64,000 nucleotides of DNA from an uncultured Gemmatimonadaceae bacterium (lineage in GTDB: Bacteria > Gemmatimonadota > Gemmatimonadetes > Gemmatimonadales > Gemmatimonadaceae), in contig CAWAGQ010000003.1 in NCBI GenBank assembly GCA_963781585.1, positions 128,001-192,000 on the forward strand, written 5' to 3'. The notes below the pieces were generated by a model. That model did not search any database and was not told the origin of the DNA. It saw nothing but the letters and a program-made list of their open reading frames with translations. The first letter of the stretch is position 1. Every line of letters begins with the position of its first letter. The translations under genes and the position numbers were made by a program. Below, piece after piece: positions 1-12,181 of the stretch.

Positions 1-2215
1 ACAACTCGGCGTCGATCCCGTACTCCGTCTCGGTCGTGTTCTCCGGCTTCAGATTCTTGTTCCCGAGCTGGCTCGCCGACAGCGTCCCGCCCGTCCCGAT
101 GTTGAACGTCTCGTACTGGTACGTCTGTCCGGGCCGGCCACCGGCCGTTCCCACCGACGCCCGCAGCTTGAAGTCGTTGAGCGCGCCCTTGAAGAACCAC
201 CACGGCTCATCCGACAACCGCCACGCCATCGACGCCCGATAGTACGAGTGCCACCGCTGGGCCGCCCCGAACAGCGAGCTGCCGTCGCGACGATACGTCG
301 CATCGGCCAGATACCGGCCCTTGTAGTCGAATGCAATCCCGCTCAGCACGCCCATCGCCCGCGCCGACACGTTGCTCGACTGGGGCGCATTCTGCACCAC
401 CGCGTTCCGGATGTAGAGCACGCCCGGCACGGTCAGCGTGTTGCCGCCGGCCGACACATCATGTCCATCCTGTCGCTCGAAGTTGTACGACGAATTGAGT
501 CGTACGTTCAGGTCGCGGAAGCCGAACGGATTGTCGAACCGCCCCGTCCCGGTCAGCGACACGTTGTATGCCTGATCGTTGACCGTGCCATGCCCAATCG
601 AGCCGAGGTAGGCCGTGCTCTGCGACGCCGACGTCACCCGGTAGCCCTTCTCGGTGAGGTCGTAGTTGTCGTTCCGTCGCACGTCGAGGCTCGTCACCGA
701 CTGGAACTCGAGCCACGAGAGCGGCGTGTAGCGCCCCGTCAACGACCCGAGGTACCGGTCCACGTTGGTCCGCGACTCGGCGTTCTCCGTGTCGTAAATG
801 AAGTTCTCGTTCTGCTTCCCCTGGTTCATCGGGTTCGATCGAATGAACAGGCGGCCGTAATCGTCGCGCTGCAGGAGATCGACGCCTGCAGGCGCGCGCG
901 TCAGGCGGAAGAACGACACACTGGGATAGTTGGTCGTCTTGGCGAACGTCGTCGCCATCTGGAAGCTCAAATCCTCGCTGATCGTCTGATCGGCGTTGAG
1001 GCGCGCCGTCTTCCGGCGATACCCCTGCAGACCGCGAATCGAGCCTTCCTGGTAGAGGCCACCAAGACTCGCAAACACGCCGGTCTGCCCGAACCGGGCG
1101 GTCATGTCCAGGTGCGTGTCGTTGTACGCGCCCGGCAGCACCGCCTGCGCAATCGGGTTGTACCGCTTCGGCCAGGGGTTGATCTGGAAATTCCCCTTCA
1201 GGAACGGCTTGGTGGCCGTCGCCGAAATGCCGTAGTCGCGCGTGAACAGGTAGGGATCCAGAGCATCCGGCGTCGGCACGTTGTTGATCCGCCTGGCTTC
1301 CTGCGCGAAATCGACCACCATGCTGCAGATCGGATAACCCGGCACCACGGCGCAGAACTTGTTGTTCGTCTCGTCCATCTCGATCAGATGGTACTTCGAG
1401 AACGGATACTCGGTCTGCACATCCTGGAAGCCGTACTCCGAGCGCACGCTGAAGCGCGCCCCCTGGCCGGCGTTCCGGGCGCCCTTGGTCGTGATCTGGA
1501 TGACCCCGTTCTGGGCGCGCGAGCCGAACGTCGACGACGCCGCCGCGCCCTTGACCACTTCGATGCTCTCGATGTCGTTCGGATCGAGATCGGTCATCGA
1601 GCCGTTCAGAATCACCCCGTCCACCACGATCAGGGGATCGAGCGGCCGGTTGATCGACTTGACCCCGCGCAACAGGATCGACGGCGCGGTGCCCGGCCGC
1701 CCGTTCGGCAGCACGATCTGGGCGCCGGTGACCTTCCCCTGGAGCGCGGTCAGCGCGCTCGCCGAGGGCACCTTGAGGTCGGCCTGGTCGATCCGGTCCA
1801 CCGTGAACGCCAGCTTCTTCGTCTCCGTCGCACCCGTCACGCCCGTGACCACCACCTCCGAGAGCCGGTTGATGTCCACCTTGAGCGCGAAGTCCTTGGT
1901 GAGCGTCCCGGCGGTGAGGGTGATGAGCTCGGAGGCCGCCACGTAGCCGATGGAGCGCGCACGCAGCATCGCCTGCTGGCCCCGAACCCGCTCCGCCGGA
2001 ATGGAGATGCGGTAGGCGCCCTGCTCATTGGTCGGCACCGAGATCGTCATCTCGGCGATGTAGACCTGGGCACTGTTCAGGGGCTGGCCCTGCTCCGATT
2101 TCACGGTGCCGGTGATGACCAATCCTTGCGCATACGCAGTCCCGGCAAAGACCGCGCACGCCAGCCCGGCGAGCATACCCCTCGCCAAACTGAGTGAGTA
2201 ACGGAACTTCGTCAT
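1..2215 (-). CDS. SusC/RagA-family TonB-dependent outer-membrane receptor, copy 1 (3' part runs off the window)
   Basis: Not in the ORF track because it has no stop in the window. ATG at 2215 follows GAGG. Reads MTKFRYSLSLARGMLAGLACAVFAGTAYAQGLVITGTV... Colinear with 4138-6352 at a constant offset of 4137 bp, including the plug region. Confidence 0.92.
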   Translation of the reverse strand, partial: MTKFRYSLSLARGMLAGLACAVFAGTAYAQGLVITGTVKSEQGQPLNSAQVYIAEMTISVPTNEQGAYRISIPAERVRGQQAMLRARSIGYVAASELITLTAGTLTKDFALKVDINRLSEVVVTGVTGATETKKLAFTVDRIDQADLKVPSASALTALQGKVTGAQIVLPNGRPGTAPSILLRGVKSINRPLDPLIVVDGVILNGSMTDLDPNDIESIEVVKGAAASSTFGSRAQNGVIQITTKGARNAGQGARFSVRSEYGFQDVQTEYPFSKYHLIEMDETNNKFCAVVPGYPICSMVVDFAQEARRINNVPTPDALDPYLFTRDYGISATATKPFLKGNFQINPWPKRYNPIAQAVLPGAYNDTHLDMTARFGQTGVFASLGGLYQEGSIRGLQGYRRKTARLNADQTISEDLSFQMATTFAKTTNYPSVSFFRLTRAPAGVDLLQRDDYGRLFIRSNPMNQGKQNENFIYDTENAESRTNVDRYLGSLTGRYTPLSWLEFQSVTSLDVRRNDNYDLTEKGYRVTSASQSTAYLGSIGHGTVNDQAYNVSLTGTGRFDNPFGFRDLNVRLNSSYNFERQDGHDVSAGGNTLTVPGVLYIRNAVVQNAPQSSNVSARAMGVLSGIAFDYKGRYLADATYRRDGSSLFGAAQRWHSYYRASMAWRLSDEPWWFFKGALNDFKLRASVGTAGGRPGQTYQYETFNIGTGGTLSASQLGNKNLKPENTTETEYGIDAEL

Positions 2216-2921
2216 GTGATCCTCGCGTGTTGAGGGCCTGTTCCGTCTCATCCGCCGCTCAGCCCTCTGCCGGGCGGTGGACCTTCGCTGTTGCACCTAT
2301 GCGCCGGGCGCAGCGGTGCAGGTGGGGGTGGGAGTACCACAGAAGCTCGTCGGGGCGAGATATGCCAAGCGCGTCCTTTCCCACCGCACCAGGGATCTCA
2401 CCCACTTCCCTTCGTGACAGCGCCGCAACGAGGTCGTGACCCCTTTGCGAGCCTGTCTCGCGAAATTCGCCTGCATGCCGATAGTCGGTCCCGGAAAGGA
2501 ATGCGTTGAACCTAACGACGCATGTAGCACCGCCAGGCACGGACCCGGTACCTGCTGACCGGCCCGTCCCCGCGATTTATCGGTTCATGACGAGCCCCAT
2601 ATTGCTCGTCCCCACAAGGAAGCGCAAGACGGCGTTTGAGGACTCGTTGGGACGGACCGACGCGCCCGCGATGGCGGGGGGACGAGTGGACCTAAGTTCG
2701 CCTCAGGTCAAACGATCCTGCGCTCCCGGGACACCCCCGATCCACGACAAAATCCCGCATCGATTACTCTGATTTCGGGGCATTCCCCAGCTGCTTCCGG
2801 AGGCCTTGAATTACCGGAATCCCGCCGTTCGGAGCACGCCGTTCCGGCCGGCGCCGGCGCCTGCCGCTCTTCTATATAGGAGTGAGCAGACATGGGAATC
2901 AGCGGACCGCGAAACCCTGGA

Positions 2922-2955
2922 GAGGATGGAGAGTGTCCATCCACTCTCCATCCTC
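2922..2955 (-). terminator. 14-bp stem hairpin downstream of SusC copy 2 (terminator or mRNA stabiliser)
   Basis: GAGGATGGAGAGTG-N6-CACTCTCCATCCTC, 16 nt after the stop at 2972. The U-tract is weak. Confidence 0.55.
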
Positions 2956-2971
2956 CACCGGGTCTTGCCAC

Positions 2972-5900
2972 CTAGAAGCGGGTCTGCAGTGTGAGCGTGA
3001 AGGTCCTCGTGGGAGGATAGCCGTAGCCGGTCGACGCACCCACTGCATCCGAGTTGACCGCTCGGCTGTTGCCCCCGACCTCGGGATCCCATCCCAGGTA
3101 ATCCGTGATGGTCCAGAGATTCCGCCCATCCGCGCTGATGCTCCAGTCACCAACCCCGCGCACCGGGCCGATGTTGTACGAGAGGCTCACCTCACGCAGC
3201 TTCGTATAGGAACCCTTCATGATGGTGATGTTGCTGCCGCCGAGCACGTTGTACATGCCGCTCACGCCGTTGTTGTTCTCCGGCGACGTACCGCGCCAGT
3301 AGTACCCCATCGGCTTCGCCGTCTCGACGGTCTTCCCATCCTGGTCTTCCCACCGGACGTTGAAGTCGCCGAGCGACCAGTGGATTTCCGCGTTGTACAG
3401 GCGGTTCCCGTAGCTCCCGTCCACGAGCGTATACAGCGTGAACCGCTTGTAGTTGAAGTTCTGCGACAGCGACAGATGGAAGTCCGGGAGGGAATTCCCC
3501 GAATGCACGAGAATCTCCGATCCTGTGGAGTCCCGCATGCCCATCAGCATCCCCCAGTGCACGGTGTTCTGGCCCCACGGGGTCTGCACCACACCACCCG
3601 CCGCCAGGCAATTGATGATGCCGGTCTGGCTGACATTCTGACCGTTTACCTGGCAGCCGCCGAGCTGTGACTGCCACAGGTTCTTGGTGATCCCTTCACC
3701 CGGATCGTAACCACCGGTCCACACCAGAAATCCCTCGCTGTTCAGCTGATACGACTTGCCAGCGCCGCAGTCGCCCTGGAACTCGGTCGGCAGCTCCGAG
3801 CACGCGCGCAGGAAGTGCTTCCCCCACAACTGGCCAATCCGCTCGCCGACCCGGAACTGAAACTGCGTGTTGCCATTTCCCGTGGTTCGCGTAAACGGCG
3901 GCACATCGAGGCCGGTGATGACGCTGCGCGTGCGGTCGTACGAAATCCGCGACGTCCACACCACGTTCCGGCTCGTAACCAACGGCACGTTCAACGATGC
4001 TTCCCACGTCTTCCCATCCAGCTGCCCCGCGTTCCGCCACTGCGTGCTGAATCCCGACGACGACGACACCGGGACTTCGAGCATCTGGTCGGTCGTGATG
4101 TCCCGCGCGTAGGTCAGCGTCAGTCCGTACTTGCTGAACAACTCGGCGTCGATCCCGTACTCGGTCTCGGTCGTGTTCTCCGGCTTCAGATTCTTGTTCC
4201 CGAGCTGGCTCGCCGACAGCGTCCCGCCCGAGCCGATGTTGAATGTCTCGTACTGGTACGACTGGCCCGGCCGGCCACCGGCCGTCCCCACCGAGGCCCG
4301 CAGCTTGAAGTCGTTGAGCGCGCCCTTGAAGAACCACCACGGCTCATCCGACAACCGCCACGCCATCGACGCCCGGTAGTACGAGTGCCACCGCTGCGCC
4401 GCCCCGAACAGCGAACTGCCGTCGCGACGATACGTCGCGTCGGCCAGATACCGCCCCTTGTAGTCGAACGCGATCCCGCTCAATACGCCCATTGCCCGCG
4501 ACGACACGTTGCTCGAGCTCGGCGCGCTTTGTACTGTCGCATTCCGGATGTAAAGCACGCCCGGCACCGTCAGCGTCCTGCCTGACGCTGAAACGTCATG
4601 CCCGTCCTGCCGCTCGAAGTTGTACGACGAGTTCAACCGGACGTTCAGATCGCGGAAGCCGAACGGATTGTCGAACCGCCCCGTCCCGGTCAGCGCCACG
4701 TTGTACGCCTGATCATTCGTATTGCCATGCGAGATCCTGCCGAGGTAGTTCGTGCTCTGCGACGCCGACGTCACCCGGTAGCCCTTCTCGGTCAGCGAAT
4801 AATTGTCGTTCCGCCGCACGTCGAGGCTCGTCACCGACTGGAACTCCAGCCACGAGAACGGCGTGAAACGCCCCGTCAACGACCCGAGGTACCGGTCCAC
4901 GTTGGTCCGCGACTCGGCATTCTCCGTGTCGTAGAGGATGTTCGCGTTCTGCTTCCCCTGGTTCATCGGGTTCGATCGGATGAAGAGCCGCCCGTAGTCG
5001 TCCCGAGCGAGCAGGTTCACGCCGGCTGGCGCCCGAGTGAGGCGGAACGTGGAGAACCCGGGGTAGGTCGTCGTCTTCGCGAAGGTGGTCGCCATCTGGA
5101 AGCTCAGATCCTCGCTGATCGTCTGATCGGCGTTGAGGCGCGCCGTCTTCCGGCGATACCCCTGCAGTCCGCGAACCGACCCTTCCTGATAGAGCCCGCC
5201 CAGACTGGCGAACACACCCGTCTCGCCAAACCGCGCCGTCATGTCCAGGTGGGAGTCGTTGTACGCCCCGGGCAGCACCGCCTGCGCAATCGGGTTGTAC
5301 CGCACCGGCCACGGATTGATCTGGAACGTGCCCTTGAGGTAGGGCTTCTTGGCCGTCGCCGAAATCCCGAAGTCCCGCGTGAACAGGTAGGGATCCAGGG
5401 CATCCGGCGTCGGCACGTTGTTGATCCGCTTCGCTTCCTGCGCGAAATCGACCACCATGCTGCAGATCGGATAACCCGGCACCACCGCGCAGAACTTGTT
5501 GTTCGTCTCGTCCATCTCGATCAGATGGTACTTCGAGAACGGATACTCGGTCTGCATGTCCTGGAAGCCGTACTCCGAGCGCACGCTGAAGCGCGCCCCC
5601 TGGCCGGCATTGCGGGCGCCCTTGGTCGTGATCTGGATGACGCCGTTCTGGGCGCGCGAGCCGAACGTAGACGACGCCGCCGCGCCCTTCACCACTTCGA
5701 TGCTCTCGATGTCGTTCGGATCGAGATCGGTCATCGAGCCGTTCAGAATCACCCCGTCCACCACGATCAGGGGATCGAGCGGCCGGTTGATCGACTTGAC
5801 CCCGCGCAACAGGATCGACGGCGCGGTGCCCGGCCGCCCGTCCGGCAGCACGATCTGGGCGCCGGTGACCTTTCCCTGCAGCGCGGTGAGCGCGCTCGCC

Positions 5901-6352
5901 GAGGGGAGCTTGAGGTCGGCCTGGTCGATCTTGTCCACTGTGAATGCGAGGTTCTTGGTCTCCGTCGCGCCCGTCACGCCCGTGACCACAACCTCTGAGA
6001 GGCGATTGACGTCCACTTTGAGCGTGAAATCCCTGGTGAGGGTTCCCGCCGTTAGCGTGATCAACTGCGACGTGGGTGTGTATCCGATGGCGCGTGCCCG
6101 CAGCATCGCCTGTTGGCCCCGTACCCGCGCCGGCGGAATGGAGATACGGTACTCGCCCTGCTCATTGGTCGGCACGGAGATCGCCATCTCCGCGATGTAG
6201 ACCTGTGCGTTGGTCAAGGATTGTCCCTGTGCCGACTTCACCGTGCCGGTGATAACCAATCCTTGTGCGTGCGCCGCTCCGGCAAAGACCGCGCACGCAA
6301 GCGCGACGAACATGCCCCTCGCCGGCCTGTGGGTGTGACAGAAGCGTTTCAT
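2972..6352 (-). CDS. SusC/RagA-family TonB-dependent outer-membrane receptor, copy 2
   Basis: Signal peptide ending AHA-Q, N-terminal carboxypeptidase-regulatory-like domain, plug motif PLIVVDGVI...DIESIEVVKGAAASSTFGSRAQNGVIQITTK, barrel motifs (YRRDGSS, NKNLKPE), C-terminal Phe. The start at 6352 matches the start of copy 1. Confidence 0.95.
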   Translation of the reverse strand: MKRFCHTHRPARGMFVALACAVFAGAAHAQGLVITGTVKSAQGQSLTNAQVYIAEMAISVPTNEQGEYRISIPPARVRGQQAMLRARAIGYTPTSQLITLTAGTLTRDFTLKVDVNRLSEVVVTGVTGATETKNLAFTVDKIDQADLKLPSASALTALQGKVTGAQIVLPDGRPGTAPSILLRGVKSINRPLDPLIVVDGVILNGSMTDLDPNDIESIEVVKGAAASSTFGSRAQNGVIQITTKGARNAGQGARFSVRSEYGFQDMQTEYPFSKYHLIEMDETNNKFCAVVPGYPICSMVVDFAQEAKRINNVPTPDALDPYLFTRDFGISATAKKPYLKGTFQINPWPVRYNPIAQAVLPGAYNDSHLDMTARFGETGVFASLGGLYQEGSVRGLQGYRRKTARLNADQTISEDLSFQMATTFAKTTTYPGFSTFRLTRAPAGVNLLARDDYGRLFIRSNPMNQGKQNANILYDTENAESRTNVDRYLGSLTGRFTPFSWLEFQSVTSLDVRRNDNYSLTEKGYRVTSASQSTNYLGRISHGNTNDQAYNVALTGTGRFDNPFGFRDLNVRLNSSYNFERQDGHDVSASGRTLTVPGVLYIRNATVQSAPSSSNVSSRAMGVLSGIAFDYKGRYLADATYRRDGSSLFGAAQRWHSYYRASMAWRLSDEPWWFFKGALNDFKLRASVGTAGGRPGQSYQYETFNIGSGGTLSASQLGNKNLKPENTTETEYGIDAELFSKYGLTLTYARDITTDQMLEVPVSSSSGFSTQWRNAGQLDGKTWEASLNVPLVTSRNVVWTSRISYDRTRSVITGLDVPPFTRTTGNGNTQFQFRVGERIGQLWGKHFLRACSELPTEFQGDCGAGKSYQLNSEGFLVWTGGYDPGEGITKNLWQSQLGGCQVNGQNVSQTGIINCLAAGGVVQTPWGQNTVHWGMLMGMRDSTGSEILVHSGNSLPDFHLSLSQNFNYKRFTLYTLVDGSYGNRLYNAEIHWSLGDFNVRWEDQDGKTVETAKPMGYYWRGTSPENNNGVSGMYNVLGGSNITIMKGSYTKLREVSLSYNIGPVRGVGDWSISADGRNLWTITDYLGWDPEVGGNSRAVNSDAVGASTGYGYPPTRTFTLTLQTRF

Positions 6353-6893
6353 GTGTCCCCCGGGGTGTGAACCCTGTCTTGCGTCGCGATGCAACGCTCT
6401 CCTGGTCAGCGTCACTGCGCGTGCGCACGGCGCCCCTCCTTGCCACCGTGCGTGCTGAGGTGAGACAGCGATACTTCGGATCCTATCGATCTACGGCACA
6501 GCACTCCTTGCGAAAATCCTTCGGAGCCTAACGATGGCACCAAGCAGCGATTGACTCGGACCCGATGAATTCGGACCCTAACTATTAATCCAAAAAGGAA
6601 GGCGGGAGCCAACCCGCCGAAAGTTCAGTCAGAGCCTAACGATACGTGACATCTTGGCGCGTGCAGATTACCTCAGCGCCCGTCGGTTCGTCCCCGGCAC
6701 CGACGCCCTGTCACAGTACCCATATTGCGTCCAACTGCCGGGAAAGCGCAAGTCACGACTGCCGTGGCGCGCCGATTCCACAGCGTAAGTTGTTATAGAA
6801 ACGGCAGATACATGGCTACGCTGTTTTCTCCCCGTCGACACCGGTCAATGTGCGGATCGGCAGGCCGTGCGCCGAGCACCTTCCCGCGCATGG

Positions 6894-7145
6894 TCAGGCG
6901 GGGCTCGCCTTCTCCGTAATCACCCGCACCTGATCGCCGAGGACCTGCAGAAACCCGCCCTCCACGATGAACCGGCCAGCCGTACCCCCTGGATCGAGAC
7001 GCAGCTCGCCCTGCCCGAGAAGGGTCATCATCGGCGCGTGCTGCGACAGGATCCCGACCTCGCCGTCGAACGCCGGTGCAACGACGCTCGAGACCTCTCC
7101 CTCGAAGAGGACGCGCTCCGGTGAGATCACAGAGACTTTCAGCAT
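6894..7145 (-). CDS. atpC: ATP synthase F1 epsilon subunit (short form)
   Basis: MLKVSVISPE...GEVGILSQHAP...GGFLQV; follows atpD. Confidence 0.95.
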   Translation of the reverse strand: MLKVSVISPERVLFEGEVSSVVAPAFDGEVGILSQHAPMMTLLGQGELRLDPGGTAGRFIVEGGFLQVLGDQVRVITEKASPA

Positions 7146-7158
7146 GGACCCGGCTCTC

Positions 7159-8634
<1,476 letters not shown>

Positions 8635-9495
8635 CTACTCCAGCGCCGCCGCCCCTCCAACGATCTCGGCGATCTCCTGCGTGATGCCCGCCTGCCGGGC
8701 ACGATTGTACGTCCGCGTGAGCGAGGTCAGCATTTCGCCAGCGTTATCGGTCGCATTCTTCATGGCGGTGCGTCGCGCCCCCTGCTCGCCGGCCGCCGTT
8801 TCCACCAGTGCGCGAAAGACGGCATTCCGCACGTACGACGGCAGCAGCTCCGACAGGATGGCGTCCGCCGACGGGAAGAGCAGATAGTCCGGGGCGTGCC
8901 CCGAGCGCTGCGGCGGATGCACCGGGAGGATCCGCTCCGTGGTGGGGGGCGTCGAGAGCGCCGACCGGAACTGGGCATAGATGACGTAGACCGCGTCGAG
9001 CTTTCCGGAGATGAATCCGCGCATCAGGCCGTCCACCAGCGAGGCCGCATCGTGGGGCGTGGGAGGATCGCTGATGTCGGTGCGCCCGGTCGCGATCTCG
9101 GCACCGATGTAGCGGAAGTAGCCGAGGCCCTTGCGTCCGACGATGTGGAGCTCGGAGGCAACCCCCTCCTCGCGCTGGCGGGCCAGCAACGCGCGGGCCT
9201 CGCGAATGAGATTCGCGTTGAACGCCCCGCACAAGCCACGATTGGACGTGAGCAGGAGTATCGCGGCGCGGCGAATGCGCTCGGGTTGGCGGAGCAGCGG
9301 AAAGCGGTCGGCCAGATCGGGGGTGTAGAGTCCGGCAATCACGTCGGCCAGCGCGCGGGCGTACGGTCGCGCCGCGTTCACCCGATCCTGGGCGCGCTTC
9401 ATTCGCGACGTGGCCACGAGCTCCATGGTCCGCGTGATCTTGCGGGTGTTCTCGACAGTCTTGATACGGCGCTTGAGTTCGCGACCCTTGGCCAT
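8635..9495 (-). CDS. atpG: ATP synthase F1 gamma subunit
   Basis: KITRTMELVA, SNRGLCGAFN, RARQAGITQEIAEIVGGA. Confidence 0.99.
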   Translation of the reverse strand: MAKGRELKRRIKTVENTRKITRTMELVATSRMKRAQDRVNAARPYARALADVIAGLYTPDLADRFPLLRQPERIRRAAILLLTSNRGLCGAFNANLIREARALLARQREEGVASELHIVGRKGLGYFRYIGAEIATGRTDISDPPTPHDAASLVDGLMRGFISGKLDAVYVIYAQFRSALSTPPTTERILPVHPPQRSGHAPDYLLFPSADAILSELLPSYVRNAVFRALVETAAGEQGARRTAMKNATDNAGEMLTSLTRTYNRARQAGITQEIAEIVGGAAALE

Positions 9496-9551
9496 TGGTC
9501 AGGGGCAGTGAGCGGTGACGGATGAGCGGAGCGCGGGCACGCGATGGCCGC

Positions 9552-11123
9552 TCATCCGACGGTGACCTTCTTGTACTCTTCGATCCCTCGCCGCAACGCC
9601 GACTCGGCATCCTTCGAGAGCGTGCGTTCCTTGCGGACGCCATCGCCGACCTGCGGGAACTGCGTGGCCATGAAGTCATGGAAGCCACGTTCCCACTCCC
9701 GGATATCCTTCACCGCGACGTCATCGAGGAATCCGTTGGTCACCGCGAAGATGATCATCACCTGCTGCTCGACCGGCATCGGCTGATACTGCGGCTGCTT
9801 CAGGACCTCCACCGTGCGGGCGCCGCGCTCCAGCTGCTTCTTGGTCGCGGCGTCGAGGTCGGAAGCGAACGCCGAGAACGCCTCGAGTTCGCGGAACTGC
9901 GCGAGGTCGAGGCGGAGACGCCCGGCGACCTGCTTCATGGCCTTGATCTGCGCTGAACCGCCCACCCGGGAGACCGAGATGCCGACGTTGATGGCGGGAC
10001 GGACGCCGGCGAAGAAGAGGTCGGTCTCCAGGAAGATCTGGCCGTCAGTAATAGAAATGACGTTGGTCGGGATGTAGGCCGACACATCGCCCGCCTGCGT
10101 CTCGATGATCGGGAGCGCGGTCAGGCTTCCGCCCGACTTGAAAATCATCTTGTTGTCGACGACATCCGGGTCGTCGCGGAGCTTGGCGGCGCGTTCGAGC
10201 AGGCGCGAGTGGAGATAGAACACGTCGCCTGGGTAGGCTTCGCGGCCTGGCGGACGTCTGAGCACGAGGGACAGCTGGCGGTAGGCGGCGGCCTGCTTGG
10301 AAAGGTCATCGTACACGCAGAGGGTCGGTTTGCCCTCGTGGTACATGAAGTACTCGGCCATGGCACAGCCGGAGTAGGGCGCGATGTACTGCATCGGCGC
10401 CGGGTCCGAAGCGGCGGCGCAGACGACGATGGTGTATTCCATGGCGCCCGCCTGCTTCAGCTTTTCGACGACCGCGGCCACGGTGGACGCTTTCTGTCCG
10501 ATGGCCACGTAGACGCAGATGACGCCCTGCCCCTTCTGGTTGATGATGGTGTCGATCGCGATGGCCGTCTTGCCGGTCCCGCGGTCGCCGATGATGAGCT
10601 CGCGCTGGCCCCGGCCGATCGGGATCATGGCGTCGACGGCCTTGAGCCCGGTCTGCAGCGGCTGGTTGACCGGCTGCCTGACGATGATACCTGGCGCGGG
10701 AGAGTCGACGCGCCGCGTCATGGTGCTGTGGACCTCACCCAGTCCGTCGATGGGACGTCCCAGGGGATCGACCACCCGTCCGACGAGCGCCGGACCGACC
10801 GGCACATCGAGCACGCGCGTCGTCCGGCGCACTTCGTCGCCCTCCTTCAGCTGGAGGTAGTCCCCCAGGATGACGGCGCCGATGTTGTCTTCCTCGAGGT
10901 TGAGGGCGAGGGCGGTGATGATCGCACCGGTTTCCGACGAGGTGACCGCGAGCATCTCTCCCGCCATCGCCTTCTTGAGGCCGTAGATGCGCGCGATGCC
11001 GTCTCGGACCTCGAGCACGGTACCGACCTCTTCGACATCGAGCTCGTGGAGGTCGGCGGCCTCGATCTCGCGCAGGAGGATGTCCTTGATCTCGCCTGGC
11101 CGGAGCAGGGTTTCGCTGGGCAT
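9552..11123 (-). CDS. atpA: ATP synthase F1 alpha subunit
   Basis: [40 protein letters not shown]. Confidence 0.99.
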   Translation of the reverse strand: MPSETLLRPGEIKDILLREIEAADLHELDVEEVGTVLEVRDGIARIYGLKKAMAGEMLAVTSSETGAIITALALNLEEDNIGAVILGDYLQLKEGDEVRRTTRVLDVPVGPALVGRVVDPLGRPIDGLGEVHSTMTRRVDSPAPGIIVRQPVNQPLQTGLKAVDAMIPIGRGQRELIIGDRGTGKTAIAIDTIINQKGQGVICVYVAIGQKASTVAAVVEKLKQAGAMEYTIVVCAAASDPAPMQYIAPYSGCAMAEYFMYHEGKPTLCVYDDLSKQAAAYRQLSLVLRRPPGREAYPGDVFYLHSRLLERAAKLRDDPDVVDNKMIFKSGGSLTALPIIETQAGDVSAYIPTNVISITDGQIFLETDLFFAGVRPAINVGISVSRVGGSAQIKAMKQVAGRLRLDLAQFRELEAFSAFASDLDAATKKQLERGARTVEVLKQPQYQPMPVEQQVMIIFAVTNGFLDDVAVKDIREWERGFHDFMATQFPQVGDGVRKERTLSKDAESALRRGIEEYKKVTVG

Positions 11124-11344
11124 GGAGTGAAAGGAGGGAGTCGGAGGGCTCGGCTACACTCCGGAAGGATCAGGCAGGGAAACCCGATTTCTTCGATCCG
11201 GAAAGCTTGTGAAAATAATCACAAGCGAAGCACCCCAGCAAGGATGTCGGTTCGCTTCTTCTATAGAATAGGTGGATTTGGCCAAAGGCCAAAGGGCGGC
11301 AAACGACGCAGCCTGTTCGCGTCAACTTTCGCCTGCGCCGGCCG

Positions 11345-12169
11345 TCACAACGAACGCCCTGCGCCGCCGGCCGCCCGGCTGCGGGTACGCCCACGGACAA
11401 ACCGTTCGACCAGATCGACCGCCCGCAATCGTGCGAGGGAGCCGGGCCGCGTGCCGGCGATGCGCTGCGCCGTCGTACTCAGGTGTGACGACGACGCGTA
11501 TTCGAGCACACGCGCCACGTCGGCCACGTCATAGCCGGGGTTCTTCGCGAGCTCCGCGGCAGCGAAAAGGCGAACCAGATCGATGATGCGTTTGAGATTG
11601 GCGACGCCGTCACCGCTGAAGGTCCGACTGAGGTGCTCGCGGGTGATACCGAGCGCGGCGGCAATGGTGTCGGTACGGATCGCACGACCGCCATAACCGA
11701 TGAGGAAGCGCCAGGTCGCCTGATGCAGCGTGGAGTGGATTTGCAGGGCGGGAGGCGGATCGCGAAGTGCCCGGGCGAACCGCTGCGTGAAGGTCCGCGG
11801 CAGAACGAGGTCGCGCAGGGCGCCGTCGTCGACGGCTTCAGTGACCACCTCGGCCACATCGCACTCCGCTGCCCGCGCGATCGACGGACCGTCGGTGGGC
11901 CGGAACGGCGTGAGTGCGAAAAATGGGGCGCTGGGGAACTCTCGGGCCAGGGTCACCGCCCGCCAGGCATCTTCGCCAGGCGATGCGAGGTCCACAACAC
12001 AGGCATCGACGAGGTCCGTACGAAAAGCGCGTTCCACCTCGCGCGCAGTGCGGACCATCGTGAGCCGGCATCGCCGGCGGGGAAAGGCGCTGCGCGCCAG
12101 GGAGCGGGAGCGCTCGCGCGAGGCGCAAACGACGATGGTCACGGGCGAGATGAAACCGGCGGCGATCAT
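11345..12169 (-). CDS. AraC-family transcriptional regulator with a degenerate receiver-like N-terminus
   Basis: C-terminal two-HTH pattern [16 protein letters not shown]...[17 protein letters not shown]. Confidence 0.75.
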   Translation of the reverse strand: MIAAGFISPVTIVVCASRERSRSLARSAFPRRRCRLTMVRTAREVERAFRTDLVDACVVDLASPGEDAWRAVTLAREFPSAPFFALTPFRPTDGPSIARAAECDVAEVVTEAVDDGALRDLVLPRTFTQRFARALRDPPPALQIHSTLHQATWRFLIGYGGRAIRTDTIAAALGITREHLSRTFSGDGVANLKRIIDLVRLFAAAELAKNPGYDVADVARVLEYASSSHLSTTAQRIAGTRPGSLARLRAVDLVERFVRGRTRSRAAGGAGRSL

Positions 12170-12181
12170 CGGCCGGCCTCT

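Noticed and set aside
248..2197. 649-aa plus-strand ORF, and other long antisense ORFs (4598-5998, 26759-30352, 40394-42850, 48341-50605)
   Set aside because: Shadow frames opposite clearly recognisable genes in GC-rich DNA; Arg-rich translations with no motifs.
2430..2480. Minus-strand GGCGAA...GCAAAG upstream of susC copy 1, resembling a c-di-GMP-I riboswitch
   Set aside because: It lacks the GNRA-capped P2 stem and tetraloop-receptor P3 stem and looks like a simple hairpin. An Rfam scan would settle it.
1..6352. Diversity-generating retroelement or shufflon explanation for the susC repeat
   Set aside because: No reverse transcriptase or recombinase is present, the differences are not adenine-specific, and the repeat spans the whole visible gene.
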